NCBI GenBank assembly: GCA_963708075.1
Contig: OY970194.1
Location: 1,696,001-1,760,000, forward strand
From: Sedimentisphaerales bacterium
GTDB lineage: Bacteria > Planctomycetota > Phycisphaerae > Sedimentisphaerales > Anaerobacaceae
Length of the DNA: 64,000 nucleotides
Direction of reading: 5' to 3'
Shown: positions 41,547 through 51,426 of the stretch, piece by piece
Layout of the letters: every line of letters starts with the position of its first letter
Numbering within the stretch: the stretch's first letter is position 1
Translations under genes and position numbers: made by a program
Notes under the pieces: model-generated
What the model was told of the DNA's origin: nothing
Databases searched by the model: none
The model's input: the letters and a program-made list of their open reading frames with translations, nothing else

Positions 41547-42569
41547 TCATGGGCGTTTCGGCGTGAGGAAGGCGTAGGCCAGGATCGCCAGCAGGGTGAT
41601 GGCGGAGATGTGCTGAAGCAGGCCGGGGCCCATGTGGTGATCGTGGCACGCCATGGCGACATCGACGCTGGAAATGAGGGAATCCAGCAGGAGGCCGGCT
41701 CCGAGGGCGCAGCCGGCGACCGTTAGAAGGTAGAGGATCGCGGTGCGTCTGCCCAGTTTGTTCCAGATGGTTGCCAGTCCGGCGGCGTTGGTCGCGGGGC
41801 CGGTCATGAGAAAGACGAACGCCGCTCCGGGGCTGAGCCCCTTCAGGATCAGAGCGGCCGCCACCGGCACCGAGGCCGAGGCGCATACGTAGAGGGGAAT
41901 CCCAATCGCCATCATCACCAGCATCGCCGGCAGTCCATGTCCCAGTCGGCCGGCGAAGAAATCATCCGGCACGATGGTGGAGATCAATGCGGCAATCGCC
42001 AGCCCCACCAACAGGGGCTTGCCGATGTCGCGCGGCAAGGAGATGAAGCCGTACTTCATGGCGTTCAGTAAACGATGTTTCGGCTTCTTGCTGCAATGAG
42101 GGCAATCACCGGCGGGTTCCGGGGCTGGGGGGTCCGGCAGTTGTGTTTGCTCCTCGCGTCCAAAGACGTTCACAAGCCCGCCGCCGATTAGGCCGGTGAT
42201 GAAAGCGACCAGAGGTCTGAAGACGGCAAACACCGGGCCGAGCAGGCTGTAAGTCACGAGGATACTGTCCACGCCGGTCTGCGGTGTGGAGAGCAGAAAC
42301 GAGATCGTCGAGCCTTTGCTCGCTCCGTGCTTGTGCAGGGACATGGCAACGGGGATCACGCCGCACGAGCACAGCGGCAATGGCACGCCGAACAGGCTGG
42401 CCTTCAGCACGGGTAGCATCCCCTGCCCTCCCAGATGCCGCTCCACCATCCGCTGTGAGACGAGGACCGACAGCAGGCCGGCCACGAAGAATCCAAACAG
42501 CAGGTACGGCGACATCTCCGCCACCGTCGTCCAGAAATCCACAAGGAGTTGCCAAAGAATCTCAACCAT
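41547..42569 (-). CDS. DUF318/SO_0444-like permease
   Basis: GVPLPLCSCGVIP, STPQTGVDS, LYVCASASVP and GPATN motifs. Confidence 0.9.
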   Translation of the reverse strand: MVEILWQLLVDFWTTVAEMSPYLLFGFFVAGLLSVLVSQRMVERHLGGQGMLPVLKASLFGVPLPLCSCGVIPVAMSLHKHGASKGSTISFLLSTPQTGVDSILVTYSLLGPVFAVFRPLVAFITGLIGGGLVNVFGREEQTQLPDPPAPEPAGDCPHCSKKPKHRLLNAMKYGFISLPRDIGKPLLVGLAIAALISTIVPDDFFAGRLGHGLPAMLVMMAIGIPLYVCASASVPVAAALILKGLSPGAAFVFLMTGPATNAAGLATIWNKLGRRTAILYLLTVAGCALGAGLLLDSLISSVDVAMACHDHHMGPGLLQHISAITLLAILAYAFLTPKRP

Positions 42570-42616
42570 GATCTACCATTCTATTCTCAGAAGGTGTTTT
42601 AAGAAGTCGATTCATC

Positions 42617-42767
42617 GTAGCATAGGCATCTTGCCCCTGCTGGGTGCCATGCTTACGCTTGCGTGAGCATGCCTTGCCCAGCGAGTCGAGCATGTCTACG
42701 CAAGCGTAGACATGGCACCCGGCCCTATGAAAAGCCGTCTTTTCCGCGGGCGAGACGCCCGTGCTAC
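42617..42767. repeat. Nested REP-like elements: outer GTAGCA...TGCTAC pair and inner GGGTGCCATG...CATGGCACCC pair (42642-42720)
   Basis: Visible inverted palindromic pairs; the outer end contains the TAG stop of the Fe-S gene. Confidence 0.75.
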
Positions 42768-43513
42768 TTCTCACGGACCTTCTCGGTCGCATGAATCGTC
42801 TCCGTACGAAGCACACTGCCTCGCAGCGAGATCGTGACATCTTCAAAGCTCAGCGGTTTGCCGCTGCGTGCGATCGCAGTACGAGCCACGTGAGTCAGAC
42901 CGGAGCAGCATGGGACCTCCATATGAACTACCGTCAGACTGCGCAGGTTGTTCGCCTGGAGAATCTGAGTCAGCTTCTGGATGTAGAACTGGACGTCGTC
43001 CAGCTTCGGGCAGCCGATAGCGATGCTTCGGCCCTTGAGAAGACGCCGGTGGAAGTCGCCCATCGCAAAGGGAACGCAATCGGCCACCAGCAATAGATCG
43101 GCATCGGCGAAATACGGCGCCATCGGCGGCACAAGTTTCAATTGCACCGGCCACTGGCTCAGGTGCGAAGGGATCTCGGCCGCATCGCTCTGCGCGGGCG
43201 GCTCGTTCCTTGTCAACTGCTGCATCGCCATCCCCGGGCACACGAACAGCGGCTCGGCCTGCGGCTTACTCTGGTGCCCGAGGTGAACCTTCACGGCTTC
43301 TTCATCGAACTCCGTCGCCTCGCGCTGCTCGATCGTGATGGCGCCCTCGGGACAGTGTCCGAGGCACGCCCCGAGGCCATCGCAATAGGAATCGCTGACG
43401 AGCCGGGCTTTGCCGTTGATGATCTTGATCGCGCCTTCGGCGCACGCCGTCGCGCACAACCCGCACCCGGTACACTTGCCCTCGTCGATTCTCACGATAT
43501 TGCGAACAGCCAT
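42764..43513 (-). CDS. 4Fe-4S dicluster protein (hcp-associated type)
   Basis: CTGCGLCATAC, CDGLGACLGHC, QWPVQL, GCPKLD and MEVPCC motifs. Confidence 0.9.
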   Translation of the reverse strand: MAVRNIVRIDEGKCTGCGLCATACAEGAIKIINGKARLVSDSYCDGLGACLGHCPEGAITIEQREATEFDEEAVKVHLGHQSKPQAEPLFVCPGMAMQQLTRNEPPAQSDAAEIPSHLSQWPVQLKLVPPMAPYFADADLLLVADCVPFAMGDFHRRLLKGRSIAIGCPKLDDVQFYIQKLTQILQANNLRSLTVVHMEVPCCSGLTHVARTAIARSGKPLSFEDVTISLRGSVLRTETIHATEKVREK

Positions 43514-43546
43514 TCTATATCTCCTGTAAAGACGCAGCGTTGGTAT

Positions 43547-43620
43547 GTAGGGTGGGTTCTCAACCCACGCGTCAGGATGCGCCTTGACCTGGGAACGCGT
43601 GGGTCAAGGACCCACCCTAC
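43547..43620. repeat. GTAG-family REP doublet, family B
   Basis: GTAGGGTGGGTTCTCAACCCACGCG...CGCGTGGGTCAAGGACCCACCCTAC; reverse copy at 53596-53669. Confidence 0.85.
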
Positions 43621-43648
43621 GGATACTGGAACAAAATGCGAACGTTCT

Positions 43649-45304
43649 TTACGCACTCAGCGCGGCAGCCAGATCTTCTTTTACAGTAGCGATCGGCTTG
43701 ATGTCGAACTTCTCAACGAGCACATCCAGCACTTCGGGCGTGACAAACGCCGGCAGGGTCGGTCCAAGCCGGATATCGGTGAGGCCCAGGTGCAGCAACG
43801 TCAGCAGGATCGCCACCGCTTTCTGCTCGAACCAGGACAGAACCAGCGACAGCGGCAGGTCGTTCACGCCGCAGCCGAACGCATTGGCCAGCGCCACGGC
43901 GATCTGAACGGCCGAGTACGCGTCGTTGCATTGGCCCAAATCGAGCAGTCGCGGAATGCCCTCGATCTGGCCGAATTCGAGCTTGTTGAAGCGGTATTTG
44001 CCGCACGCCAGGGTCAGAATGACGCAATCGTCCGGCACCTGCTCCGCGAACTGGGTGTAATAGTTTCGGCCGGGCTTGGCGCCGTCGCAGCCGCCGATCA
44101 GGAAAAAGTGCCTGATCTTGCCCTGCTTGACGAGGTCGATCACCTTGCCCGCCACGCTCATGACAGTGTTGCGGGCGAAACCGACCGTGATGTATTTCTC
44201 GGGCACATCGACCGGGAATCCCGGAGCGGCCAGCGCCGCCTCAATCACGGGCGTGAAGTTCCGGTCGGTGATGTGCGTGACGCCGGGCCAGCCGACCAGG
44301 CCGGAGGTGAAGATGCGGCCGTGATAATTCTCCTTGGGCTTCTGCAGGCAGTTGGTCGTCATCAGGATCGCGCCGGGGAACGCCTCGAATTCGTTCCGCT
44401 GAACCTGCCAGGCGCCGCCGTAGTTGCCCACGAGGTGCTTGTACTTCTTCAGGGCCGGGTAGGCATTGCAGGCCAGCATCTCGCCATGCGTGTACACATT
44501 GATGCCTTTGCCCTGCGTCTGCTTGAGGAGTTCCTCCAGGTCCTTGAGGTCGTGGCCCGAGACGACGATGCATTTGCCCTTGACCGGTGTGATGCGAACT
44601 TTCGTCGGCTCCGGATGACCATAGGTTCCGGTATTAGCGGCGTCCAGCAATTCCATGGCCTTGAGATTGATCTCGCCGACCTTGAGGGCCCGCTGCAGCA
44701 GATCCCCAGTATCCGTGGGCCCGCGTGTCAGATAATCGTGCATCTCGTGGAATGCGGCGTAGAGTTGCTCATCCTCCTTGCCGAGAATCCGGGCATGGTC
44801 CGCGTACGCCGCCGCGCCTTTGAGGCCGTACTCGATCAGCTCCTGCAGGCCGGTGGTCGTCTTGCCGAGCTTTTCCATGCGTCGGTCGATCCCGACCTCG
44901 CGACCTTTGTCGATCAGTGTCAGGAGATCGTCTCCGCCCTCCCACCAGGCGACGGGACATTCGAGCTTCTCGGGCACGCGTCCGGCCTGTCTGGCGGCTT
45001 CCTCGTAGAGGCACTGCGCCCGGTCTTTCATCCGTGCCGCCTCCTCCATGAGCGTCTTGAACCGCTCCGGGTCGAAATTGACGTTCGTCAGCGTGCTGAA
45101 GAGCGCCTGGATCGTGAATACATCGACATCGCGATCCCTCGCCCCCAACTGGTACGCCCGGTGGGCATACCGGGAAATGTCTTTGGCGGCGTACACCAGC
45201 AGGTCCTGGAGCGCCGCGACTTGCGGGTCCTTCCCGCAGACGCCATACTGCGTGCATCCTACCCCCCCTGCTGTTTGTTCGCATTGCATACATAGCATGT
45301 CCAT
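43649..45304 (-). CDS. hcp: Hybrid cluster protein (hydroxylamine reductase)
   Basis: MLCMQCEQT...C...GVCGK, SGHDL, YTHGEML, MTTNC, GGCDG, LACGK, GQCND and SWFEQKA motifs. Confidence 0.97.
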   Translation of the reverse strand: MDMLCMQCEQTAGGVGCTQYGVCGKDPQVAALQDLLVYAAKDISRYAHRAYQLGARDRDVDVFTIQALFSTLTNVNFDPERFKTLMEEAARMKDRAQCLYEEAARQAGRVPEKLECPVAWWEGGDDLLTLIDKGREVGIDRRMEKLGKTTTGLQELIEYGLKGAAAYADHARILGKEDEQLYAAFHEMHDYLTRGPTDTGDLLQRALKVGEINLKAMELLDAANTGTYGHPEPTKVRITPVKGKCIVVSGHDLKDLEELLKQTQGKGINVYTHGEMLACNAYPALKKYKHLVGNYGGAWQVQRNEFEAFPGAILMTTNCLQKPKENYHGRIFTSGLVGWPGVTHITDRNFTPVIEAALAAPGFPVDVPEKYITVGFARNTVMSVAGKVIDLVKQGKIRHFFLIGGCDGAKPGRNYYTQFAEQVPDDCVILTLACGKYRFNKLEFGQIEGIPRLLDLGQCNDAYSAVQIAVALANAFGCGVNDLPLSLVLSWFEQKAVAILLTLLHLGLTDIRLGPTLPAFVTPEVLDVLVEKFDIKPIATVKEDLAAALSA

Positions 45305-45383
45305 TCAATCTCCTTTTCCCGTTGAACCGTTAACTATTACAAGGTCTTTCCAGCCGCCAGACGAATGCGGGATGGCCCGAGCC

Positions 45384-45734
45384 TCAACCGCGAATCATAA
45401 TCAGAAGCATTTTGAATCGTTCATCCGCCTCCAGGGCGTGCGGCACATTCGCCGGCATGATGATGATCTCCCCGGCCGAGACGCCCTGCGGCTGTCCGCC
45501 GATGGTCACGGTGGCGTGCCCCTCGGTCACCAGGACAATCGCGTCGTACGGGCTCGTATGCTCGCTGAGCTTCTGGCCCCGGTCGAATGCGAACAGCGTG
45601 ACCGTGCCGGCCTGCTTGTCGAGGATCGTCTTACTGACGATCGAATCCTCGGCGTAGCCGATGAACGTCTCCAGGCGCGCCGCCTTGCCGAGGCATGCCT
45701 CCAATACACTCTCATGATGCGTATGCACTGTCAT
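45384..45734 (-). CDS. Cupin-domain protein
   Basis: TLFAFDRGQKLSEHTSPYDA...EG...MPANVPHAL; ATGA overlap with rrf2. Confidence 0.9.
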   Translation of the reverse strand: MTVHTHHESVLEACLGKAARLETFIGYAEDSIVSKTILDKQAGTVTLFAFDRGQKLSEHTSPYDAIVLVTEGHATVTIGGQPQGVSAGEIIIMPANVPHALEADERFKMLLIMIRG

Positions 45735-46186
45735 TTTGCCCTCCTGTGCAACCACGGTTGCCGGGCCGGGGTTTCCCCGCCGTCCACGAGATCGGCGAGC
45801 CTCACACTCCCCAGATACTCCTCCATATGGCCCTGTAGTTCGGTGATTTTGGCGCGGACCGCACAATATCCCCCTCGCGGGCACGCGCAATCGCTGATCA
45901 GACACCGGTTCAGCCTGACCGGCCCCTGGATCGCCTCGACGACCTCCAGAAGGCTGATCTGCTGCGGAGCCCGCATCAGTTGGAACCCGCCTTTGGGCCC
46001 CATGCTGCTGCTGACGAGCTTGGTATCGTGCAGCCGCTGCATCAGCTTGCAGGCAAGCTGGTACGACACCTCCTGCTCCTGCGCGAGCACGCGGGTCGAG
46101 ACCGAGCCGTCCTCATACCTGCCCGCCAGGCCAATCATCAGCCGCAAGGCATAATCCGTGTTTCGTCGCAAGATATCCATATTCAC
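45731..46186 (-). CDS. Rrf2-family transcriptional regulator with Fe-S cysteine motif
   Basis: TDYALR, GPKGGFQL...ISLLEVVEAIQG and CLISDCACPRGGYC. Confidence 0.93.
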   Translation of the reverse strand: MNMDILRRNTDYALRLMIGLAGRYEDGSVSTRVLAQEQEVSYQLACKLMQRLHDTKLVSSSMGPKGGFQLMRAPQQISLLEVVEAIQGPVRLNRCLISDCACPRGGYCAVRAKITELQGHMEEYLGSVRLADLVDGGETPARQPWLHRRAK

Positions 46187-46235
46187 CTCTACCCTTTACC
46201 CGCCCGGCAGAGTTCACCTTGTGACTCATGCCGTA

Positions 46236-46271
46236 TAAGACTAATATAGTCCTACTCGCCCGCCCGTTCAA
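46236..46271 (-). promoter_or_regulatory. Promoter of the rrf2-hcp operon with an overlapping palindromic operator (46236-46254)
   Basis: Minus strand TTGAAC-N17-TATATT; operator TAAGACTAATATAGTCCTA covers the -10 box. Confidence 0.7.
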
Positions 46272-46332
46272 GCAAAAAAGAAAATTTTTTTCGCACAGCC
46301 TCGCACGTGTTCCGCGTGGAGCCGCCGCTCGC

Positions 46333-46425
46333 CGGGTGGCACCGCCAAACTCGTTTGACGGTGCTGTTTCGATGGGCCCGGCCCATTCAAGACCCCACGG
46401 GCAAACAAGTCTGCCCGCGCCACCC
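46333..46425. repeat. REP-doublet element, family A
   Basis: Reverse-complement homologue of 20623-20716. Confidence 0.8.
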
Positions 46426-46511
46426 TTTGCTGGATCTGCCCACGTTGAACAGGCCCCTCCTCTACCTTGCTCTGTGCCCCGAATCCGCGGTCATTTGCCG
46501 GCCGGGCGCCT

Positions 46512-47969
46512 CTACGGTAGAAGCTTGACCCCCTTGCCCGCAACGAAACCCTCGGCCACATCCCAGGCCTTCTGCCGGGTGGATACATCCGGATAATTCG
46601 GCGGCTCGCTGATCCCCTTCCTTGCCAATAGCCTCGCCGCCTGCACGCGGACTTGCTGGGCCAGATTGGCCGCTTCGCCGAGCAGCCGCATGGATTCCTG
46701 CGGCGAGTGGAACCCCATGCCATTGTTCGATGCGATGAAATCCCACCGGATCTGCGCCCGCCGAAGGAGCCCGCGGGCCTCCTCCAACTCCTCTGCCGAA
46801 GCGCCTGCCTGTACCGCGGCCGCGATATCGAAATGCGCCCGAACCAACGCTTCTTCCGTCGCCAGCCGCGCATTCTCGGTCTTCGTCTGAATCCCCTCGA
46901 CGCGCGTGCGGATCTCGTCCTCCTCCCAGCGGTGGCAAACGGCGCAACTGTTGGCGATATTCAGCAAGGGGCTCTGCACGTGATGATCCATATACTTCAC
47001 CCCCCCTTCCGTGCGGTACGGCATGTGGCAATCCGCACAGGAAACGTTCCGATAGGAGTGAATCCCCGTCAGGTACAACTCATAGTCCGGGTGCTGCATC
47101 TTGACGATCGGCGTGCCCGAGATCGCATGCACATAGTCAACATGCTTCACCTCGTCGTAATAGGCCAGTATCTCCTCCAGCGTCGTGCCCTTGCCCCACG
47201 GAAACACCAGGTAATTCTTCAGCCCCGCCTCCTTGTCCGTCCGGAAGTAGTATTCCACATGGCATTGGGCACACACCAGCGACCGCATCTCCTGGTGAGT
47301 CGCGTCATTGATGTTCCGGCCCATCGCCTCGAAGGCCTCTTTCAATGCCGGTCGGGTGATGCGGAGCTTCAGCGTCTGCGGATTGTGGCAATCCTGGCAG
47401 CCAATCGGGTGCGTAACCTCGCCGGCAAGATCGTAAAAGTTCGAGGCGTAGAACTCCTTGACGCCCATCTTATTCATCAGCCGGGGCACATCCGTACTCT
47501 TGCACGTCCAGCACGTCCCGGCGTTGAACGGCCGGATCAGCCGGGCCGTCTTGCTCACGTCCTGAACGGCGAAATAATGCCCGCGGGCCTGGAGGTAATC
47601 CTTACTGAACCCGTACCCTGCAAAGAGAATCACCTCATGCGGATCGATGTCGAGGTAATCGCGAGGATACGACCCGCCGTACTTCGTCTTTGTGTCCTCG
47701 ATGCTGGTCCGCATGTACGACTCGTACTCCAGCGGGTAGTTCTGCCCCCAGACGGCGTTATTGGGCTCCCATTCCGCCAGCGGCCGGACCACCACCGGCG
47801 GCCTCTGCGTCTCCCACCGCCGCTCCATGATCGAGACCGCCAGCAGCCCCAGCAGCACAACGACTACCGCGACCACCCCGATCAGAAGCAAACCCATCCA
47901 AAGCGGCAGCGAAGCAGACCTCCGGGGGCTACCCCCTGGCCGTTCTCCCTGGCTCATGTCGCCCGTCAT
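46512..47969 (-). CDS. nrfA: Ammonia-forming cytochrome c nitrite reductase, catalytic subunit
   Basis: CWTCK plus four CxxCH motifs, KMQHPDYE and GFHSPQE. Confidence 0.96.
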   Translation of the reverse strand: MTGDMSQGERPGGSPRRSASLPLWMGLLLIGVVAVVVVLLGLLAVSIMERRWETQRPPVVVRPLAEWEPNNAVWGQNYPLEYESYMRTSIEDTKTKYGGSYPRDYLDIDPHEVILFAGYGFSKDYLQARGHYFAVQDVSKTARLIRPFNAGTCWTCKSTDVPRLMNKMGVKEFYASNFYDLAGEVTHPIGCQDCHNPQTLKLRITRPALKEAFEAMGRNINDATHQEMRSLVCAQCHVEYYFRTDKEAGLKNYLVFPWGKGTTLEEILAYYDEVKHVDYVHAISGTPIVKMQHPDYELYLTGIHSYRNVSCADCHMPYRTEGGVKYMDHHVQSPLLNIANSCAVCHRWEEDEIRTRVEGIQTKTENARLATEEALVRAHFDIAAAVQAGASAEELEEARGLLRRAQIRWDFIASNNGMGFHSPQESMRLLGEAANLAQQVRVQAARLLARKGISEPPNYPDVSTRQKAWDVAEGFVAGKGVKLLP

Positions 47970-48050
47970 TGTCCAACTCCTTTCTCATTGCCGGTTAGGC
48001 AAGAGACCTGACATGCCATCCGTTCGCATAGAGGCCGTAGGGCCCTCTTC

Positions 48051-48104
48051 GTAGGTCGTGCGTCCTCGCAGGACCCTTTGGGCGAGTGGGGACGCTCGCC
48101 CTAC
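48051..48104. repeat. GTAG-family REP-like pair
   Basis: GTAGGTCGTGCGTCCTCGCAGGACC...GGGCGAGTGGGGACGCTCGCCCTAC; the right arm recurs at 55347-55371. Confidence 0.65.
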
Positions 48105-48144
48105 GCAGGCACCTCACAACCGCCCATCTTGAAGAATGGGCATC

Positions 48145-48804
48145 CTACTTCTCCCCTTTCGCCCTATCCAACTGTCCCCTCTCATCCCTCTTCATCCAGT
48201 CCAGCCCCGCATCCGGCAGGCCCGGCCGTAGCGGCACCGGCGACGCCGAAAGGCTCCGAACCTTGCCGTGGATATTCTGGTGGCAATCCCAGCACCGACG
48301 TTCACGGGTCGGGGGTCGGGTGCCAGGTGCCGGTGAACCGCCCCCGGCTCCCTGATCCCTGATCCCCGACACCTGATCCCTAATCCTTGACACCTGATGG
48401 CTGTGACAATGAACGCAATTCGCCTGCACCACCCGCACCGCCCTGGCGGAAAGCTCCAATACCTGCGACTGCGTGCCCATCGTGAACACATAGGAATGCT
48501 TCATCCCATCCTGAGCTTTATAGGCATATTTCGCCACAAAACTGCTGTGCGGCACATGGCAATCGACGCAAACCGCGACCCGCCCGTGACTACCCCGCTG
48601 CCAGCTCGCATAAGCATCGGTCATCACATGGCAATTGATGCAAGTCTGCGGCTCGTCCGACAGATACGAGGTCGCATTGGCGATCCGAGCCAGCACCAGC
48701 GCCATGCCAATCGCCATGCCCACAAGCCCATAAATCCCGACCTGCACCACTCTCGGCAGCCCGGCCAGCGTGACAATCGATATGCCCCAATCGACAATTT
48801 TCAT
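48145..48804 (-). CDS. nrfH: Tetraheme cytochrome c nitrite reductase small subunit
   Basis: TM anchor, SYLSDEP.TCINCHVM, CVDCH, CVHCH and CWDCH; directly upstream of nrfA. Confidence 0.94.
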   Translation of the reverse strand: MKIVDWGISIVTLAGLPRVVQVGIYGLVGMAIGMALVLARIANATSYLSDEPQTCINCHVMTDAYASWQRGSHGRVAVCVDCHVPHSSFVAKYAYKAQDGMKHSYVFTMGTQSQVLELSARAVRVVQANCVHCHSHQVSRIRDQVSGIRDQGAGGGSPAPGTRPPTRERRCWDCHQNIHGKVRSLSASPVPLRPGLPDAGLDWMKRDERGQLDRAKGEK

Positions 48805-48956
48805 GCGGCGAATAGTACTGTCCCCCACCCCGTCCCGCAAGCCCGACGAATGAGGTTTTTCCCCATGGCGAACGCAGGGCCACCCGACCCGATGGCCGAC
48901 AGCGTCCGTTGGTAGTGACGCCGTGAGGCGTTTCTTGACCGCCTGACAGACCCGGG

Positions 48957-48985
48957 TTGACCAACTCCGATCTCAACGATAGAAT
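48957..48985 (+). promoter_or_regulatory. Sigma70-like promoter for the nucleotidyltransferase gene
   Basis: TTGACC-N17-TAGAAT. Confidence 0.6.
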
Positions 48986-49057
48986 ACAGTCAAATACGGT
49001 CGCGCGGCGTGCCGCGTGAGCGCACATCGCCGGTACACGAAATGAGGAATCGGAATC

Positions 49058-49402
49058 ATGATTTCGATGGATACATGGCAAGGTCAGGAGACTGACAAAG
49101 CTCTGCTGGACAAGTGCCGCCAGGCCATCAGACGGGTCGTACCCGATGCCGACGTCATCTTGTACGGTTCGCGCGCCCGGGGAGATGCTCAGGAATACTC
49201 CGATTACGACATCCTCGTTCTCGTGGATGAGCCGGTAAGCGTCGCCCTGAAGGATCGGATTCTCTCCAGCATCTATCCGTTGGAGCTTGACACGGGGGCC
49301 ATGCTGACGCTGGTCACATACAACCGGCGCCAGTGGGAGTCGTTCCCATATAGAGAAATGCCTTTCCATCAGAACGTCGAGCGGGACGGGGTGGCGTTGT
49401 GA
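49058..49402 (+). CDS. Minimal nucleotidyltransferase (MNT antitoxin)
   Basis: VILYGSRARGD...SDYDILVLV...NVERDGV; start 49058 or 49067. Confidence 0.9.
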   Translation: MISMDTWQGQETDKALLDKCRQAIRRVVPDADVILYGSRARGDAQEYSDYDILVLVDEPVSVALKDRILSSIYPLELDTGAMLTLVTYNRRQWESFPYREMPFHQNVERDGVAL

Positions 49403-49482
49403 ATGACGCGACGGCTTTCGTGGACTACATCGACAGCCTGATCGCTCGAATCGAACCACCAACAACCGATGCCGGCCGCTAG
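49399..49482 (+). pseudogene. Probable relic of an internally deleted HEPN toxin
   Basis: 27-aa ORF with GTGA overlap, VNDATAFVDYIDSLIARIE..., resembling the last HEPN helix. Confidence 0.5.
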
Positions 49483-49706
49483 CCTGCCACGTGGATTCTT
49501 CCCACTGGGGACATCCACCTTCCCTCTCCCCCGAAGCCGCAGAGAACACCCGCCGTGCAAGAATGTGGAATGTGTAGGTTTGACCCCCTACTCGTCCCCA
49601 GGGCAAGGACCAAGACACGCAGAAAAACGCCGAATCGGATGCTGTTTCTTCTTGCCGTGCTCGGTGTGGCGCGTTATCACCACGGGCGTGACTGAAGGAG
49701 AATCGG

Positions 49707-50222
49707 ATGCCCATGACAGATCCAAATGACGTCTTTAGACAGTATCTTGAGGAGAGACCGTTACTGGACTTCTCTGTCTACACGAATACACAGATCGAGC
49801 GACTTAACAAGCTCGCATCTGAGATTAATGGTATGATGACACAGCGTAGAGATGCTCAAGTGTTTAGTGATATATATGGATCATTTTGGCTATGGGTACT
49901 TGGAGCATATGAAGTTGTCAGGACTATGGCTCAGGCAAGATCATCTTTTGTGCCAGAAGTGACTCAGCGACTTAAAGACTATAAACGTAAGATTGCCAAC
50001 ATCCGTATGCCGTTTGCCAAGCAAGAGTATCAAGGAAGAAATCGCCCCATTTTCAATGAAGCTTCTATGTCTGGAATGAATACGCAGACTGGAGATATGT
50101 TCTTCACAATCGAGGGCGTTCAGTTTTCAAGCATGTCATTAATGAAGGAATTTCGTGATCTAATGGTTAGCATAAAGGCCACGGATATACTTAAAAGACA
50201 CGATGAATCGTATAATCAATAA
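49707..50222 (+). CDS. Hypothetical protein (AT-rich gene)
   Basis: AAGGAG RBS; 171-aa ORF in a visibly lower-GC segment. Confidence 0.75.
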   Translation: MPMTDPNDVFRQYLEERPLLDFSVYTNTQIERLNKLASEINGMMTQRRDAQVFSDIYGSFWLWVLGAYEVVRTMAQARSSFVPEVTQRLKDYKRKIANIRMPFAKQEYQGRNRPIFNEASMSGMNTQTGDMFFTIEGVQFSSMSLMKEFRDLMVSIKATDILKRHDESYNQ

Positions 50223-50292
50223 ACGTCGACGAATGCGAGTAACTAGGGTCGGTCCATAGTAACGCCAAATAACTGTTGGGAGAAAAACAGAA

Positions 50293-51216
50293 ATGTGCGC
50301 GTGCAACTCGCGGCGACATCGAGTTAACAACAACCATTTCTCTCCTGCGTTTGCGAACGAGCAGTGGACGGCGGACAAACACTATGTCTGTTATTATCGT
50401 GACCATCACAAAGGGAGAGTGAGTCAGACCACGAACGGGCGGAGGCAGTGGGGTCGCCTGCGCAGGCTGTACACGGATCGTGTCGAATATGCGCTCAACC
50501 ACGAGTTGGAGACCCCTGCATCGCTCATCTATGACGCACTGCTCCGCGGGCGGTCACTAGATGCACAATCGCGTCTTAAGTGGTCGCAGTTCCTTCGTTC
50601 TCAGTTTGTGCGTACGCCAACGTTCATGCGCTACGAGGAGACGGCAAAGCAACTCACAGGTGTAAGGGAGCAACCGTTGCATGATCGGGTCGGCTGCGAG
50701 GAGTGCCTGGACCTTCACGAAGTTGCTGGAAGAGACTGGACCATCTTGGTTGCGCACCCTGATGACTTCTTCATCAGAACAGACAATCCTGTATACGTGA
50801 CCGGTTTTTTGATATCGCCTAAGTCAGTCCTCTACTACCCGCTCAGTCCTCGGTGTTGCTTCGCCGCCTGCTCTATGCCGGATGATTGGAATCCTGATGA
50901 GGATATAACGACTAGCAATCCTTCGCATACAGCCGTGGAATTGGAAAAGGGTGTGGCTCATGTCCTCAATTTCTACTTCGCCAGAGCCGCTGGCGAGTCG
51001 GCCATAGTGTGTCCTGACCATGACAGCGCGTTTATTCGGGCAATGTTGACTCAGGTTCTTGGCATCTACCCACAGATGCCGTTCGACCTTCATATGCCGA
51101 AACTCCACGAGGTAGAGGATGCTCGCGAAAGCCTGAGAGGGCTTATGACCGTAGCGGACGGGGTTGAGTACGCTACATACCGGCCGCCTGAAATAGAGCC
51201 GTTCTACGCAAAATAG
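50293..51216 (+). CDS. DUF4238-like protein
   Basis: NNHFSPAF, QFVRTP, FIRTDNPV and YYPLSPR motifs. Confidence 0.72.
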   Translation: MCACNSRRHRVNNNHFSPAFANEQWTADKHYVCYYRDHHKGRVSQTTNGRRQWGRLRRLYTDRVEYALNHELETPASLIYDALLRGRSLDAQSRLKWSQFLRSQFVRTPTFMRYEETAKQLTGVREQPLHDRVGCEECLDLHEVAGRDWTILVAHPDDFFIRTDNPVYVTGFLISPKSVLYYPLSPRCCFAACSMPDDWNPDEDITTSNPSHTAVELEKGVAHVLNFYFARAAGESAIVCPDHDSAFIRAMLTQVLGIYPQMPFDLHMPKLHEVEDARESLRGLMTVADGVEYATYRPPEIEPFYAK

Positions 51217-51426
51217 CGGGTGTCCTTCTGGGAATTCCGGGCGCATTAACATGCGAGGGGGGGGAAGGGGCAGGAGGAAGGGGTCAGGCCTTGGATCGAG
51301 GTGTCCTGAGCCTTGGGCGTGACGGTTGACGTTGGCGTGGCGGCCGCATCGGAAAACGTTGTTGATTTGCGGGGGACGGGGGTACAATGGGTCATGGCTG
51401 AGTTGCGTTGTGAGGAAGGATTGGTT

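Noticed and set aside
48975..48993. AATACAGTC half-site as a third Rrf2 operator for nrfH
   Set aside because: Only half the palindrome matches, and it is explained by the -10 box of the MNT promoter.
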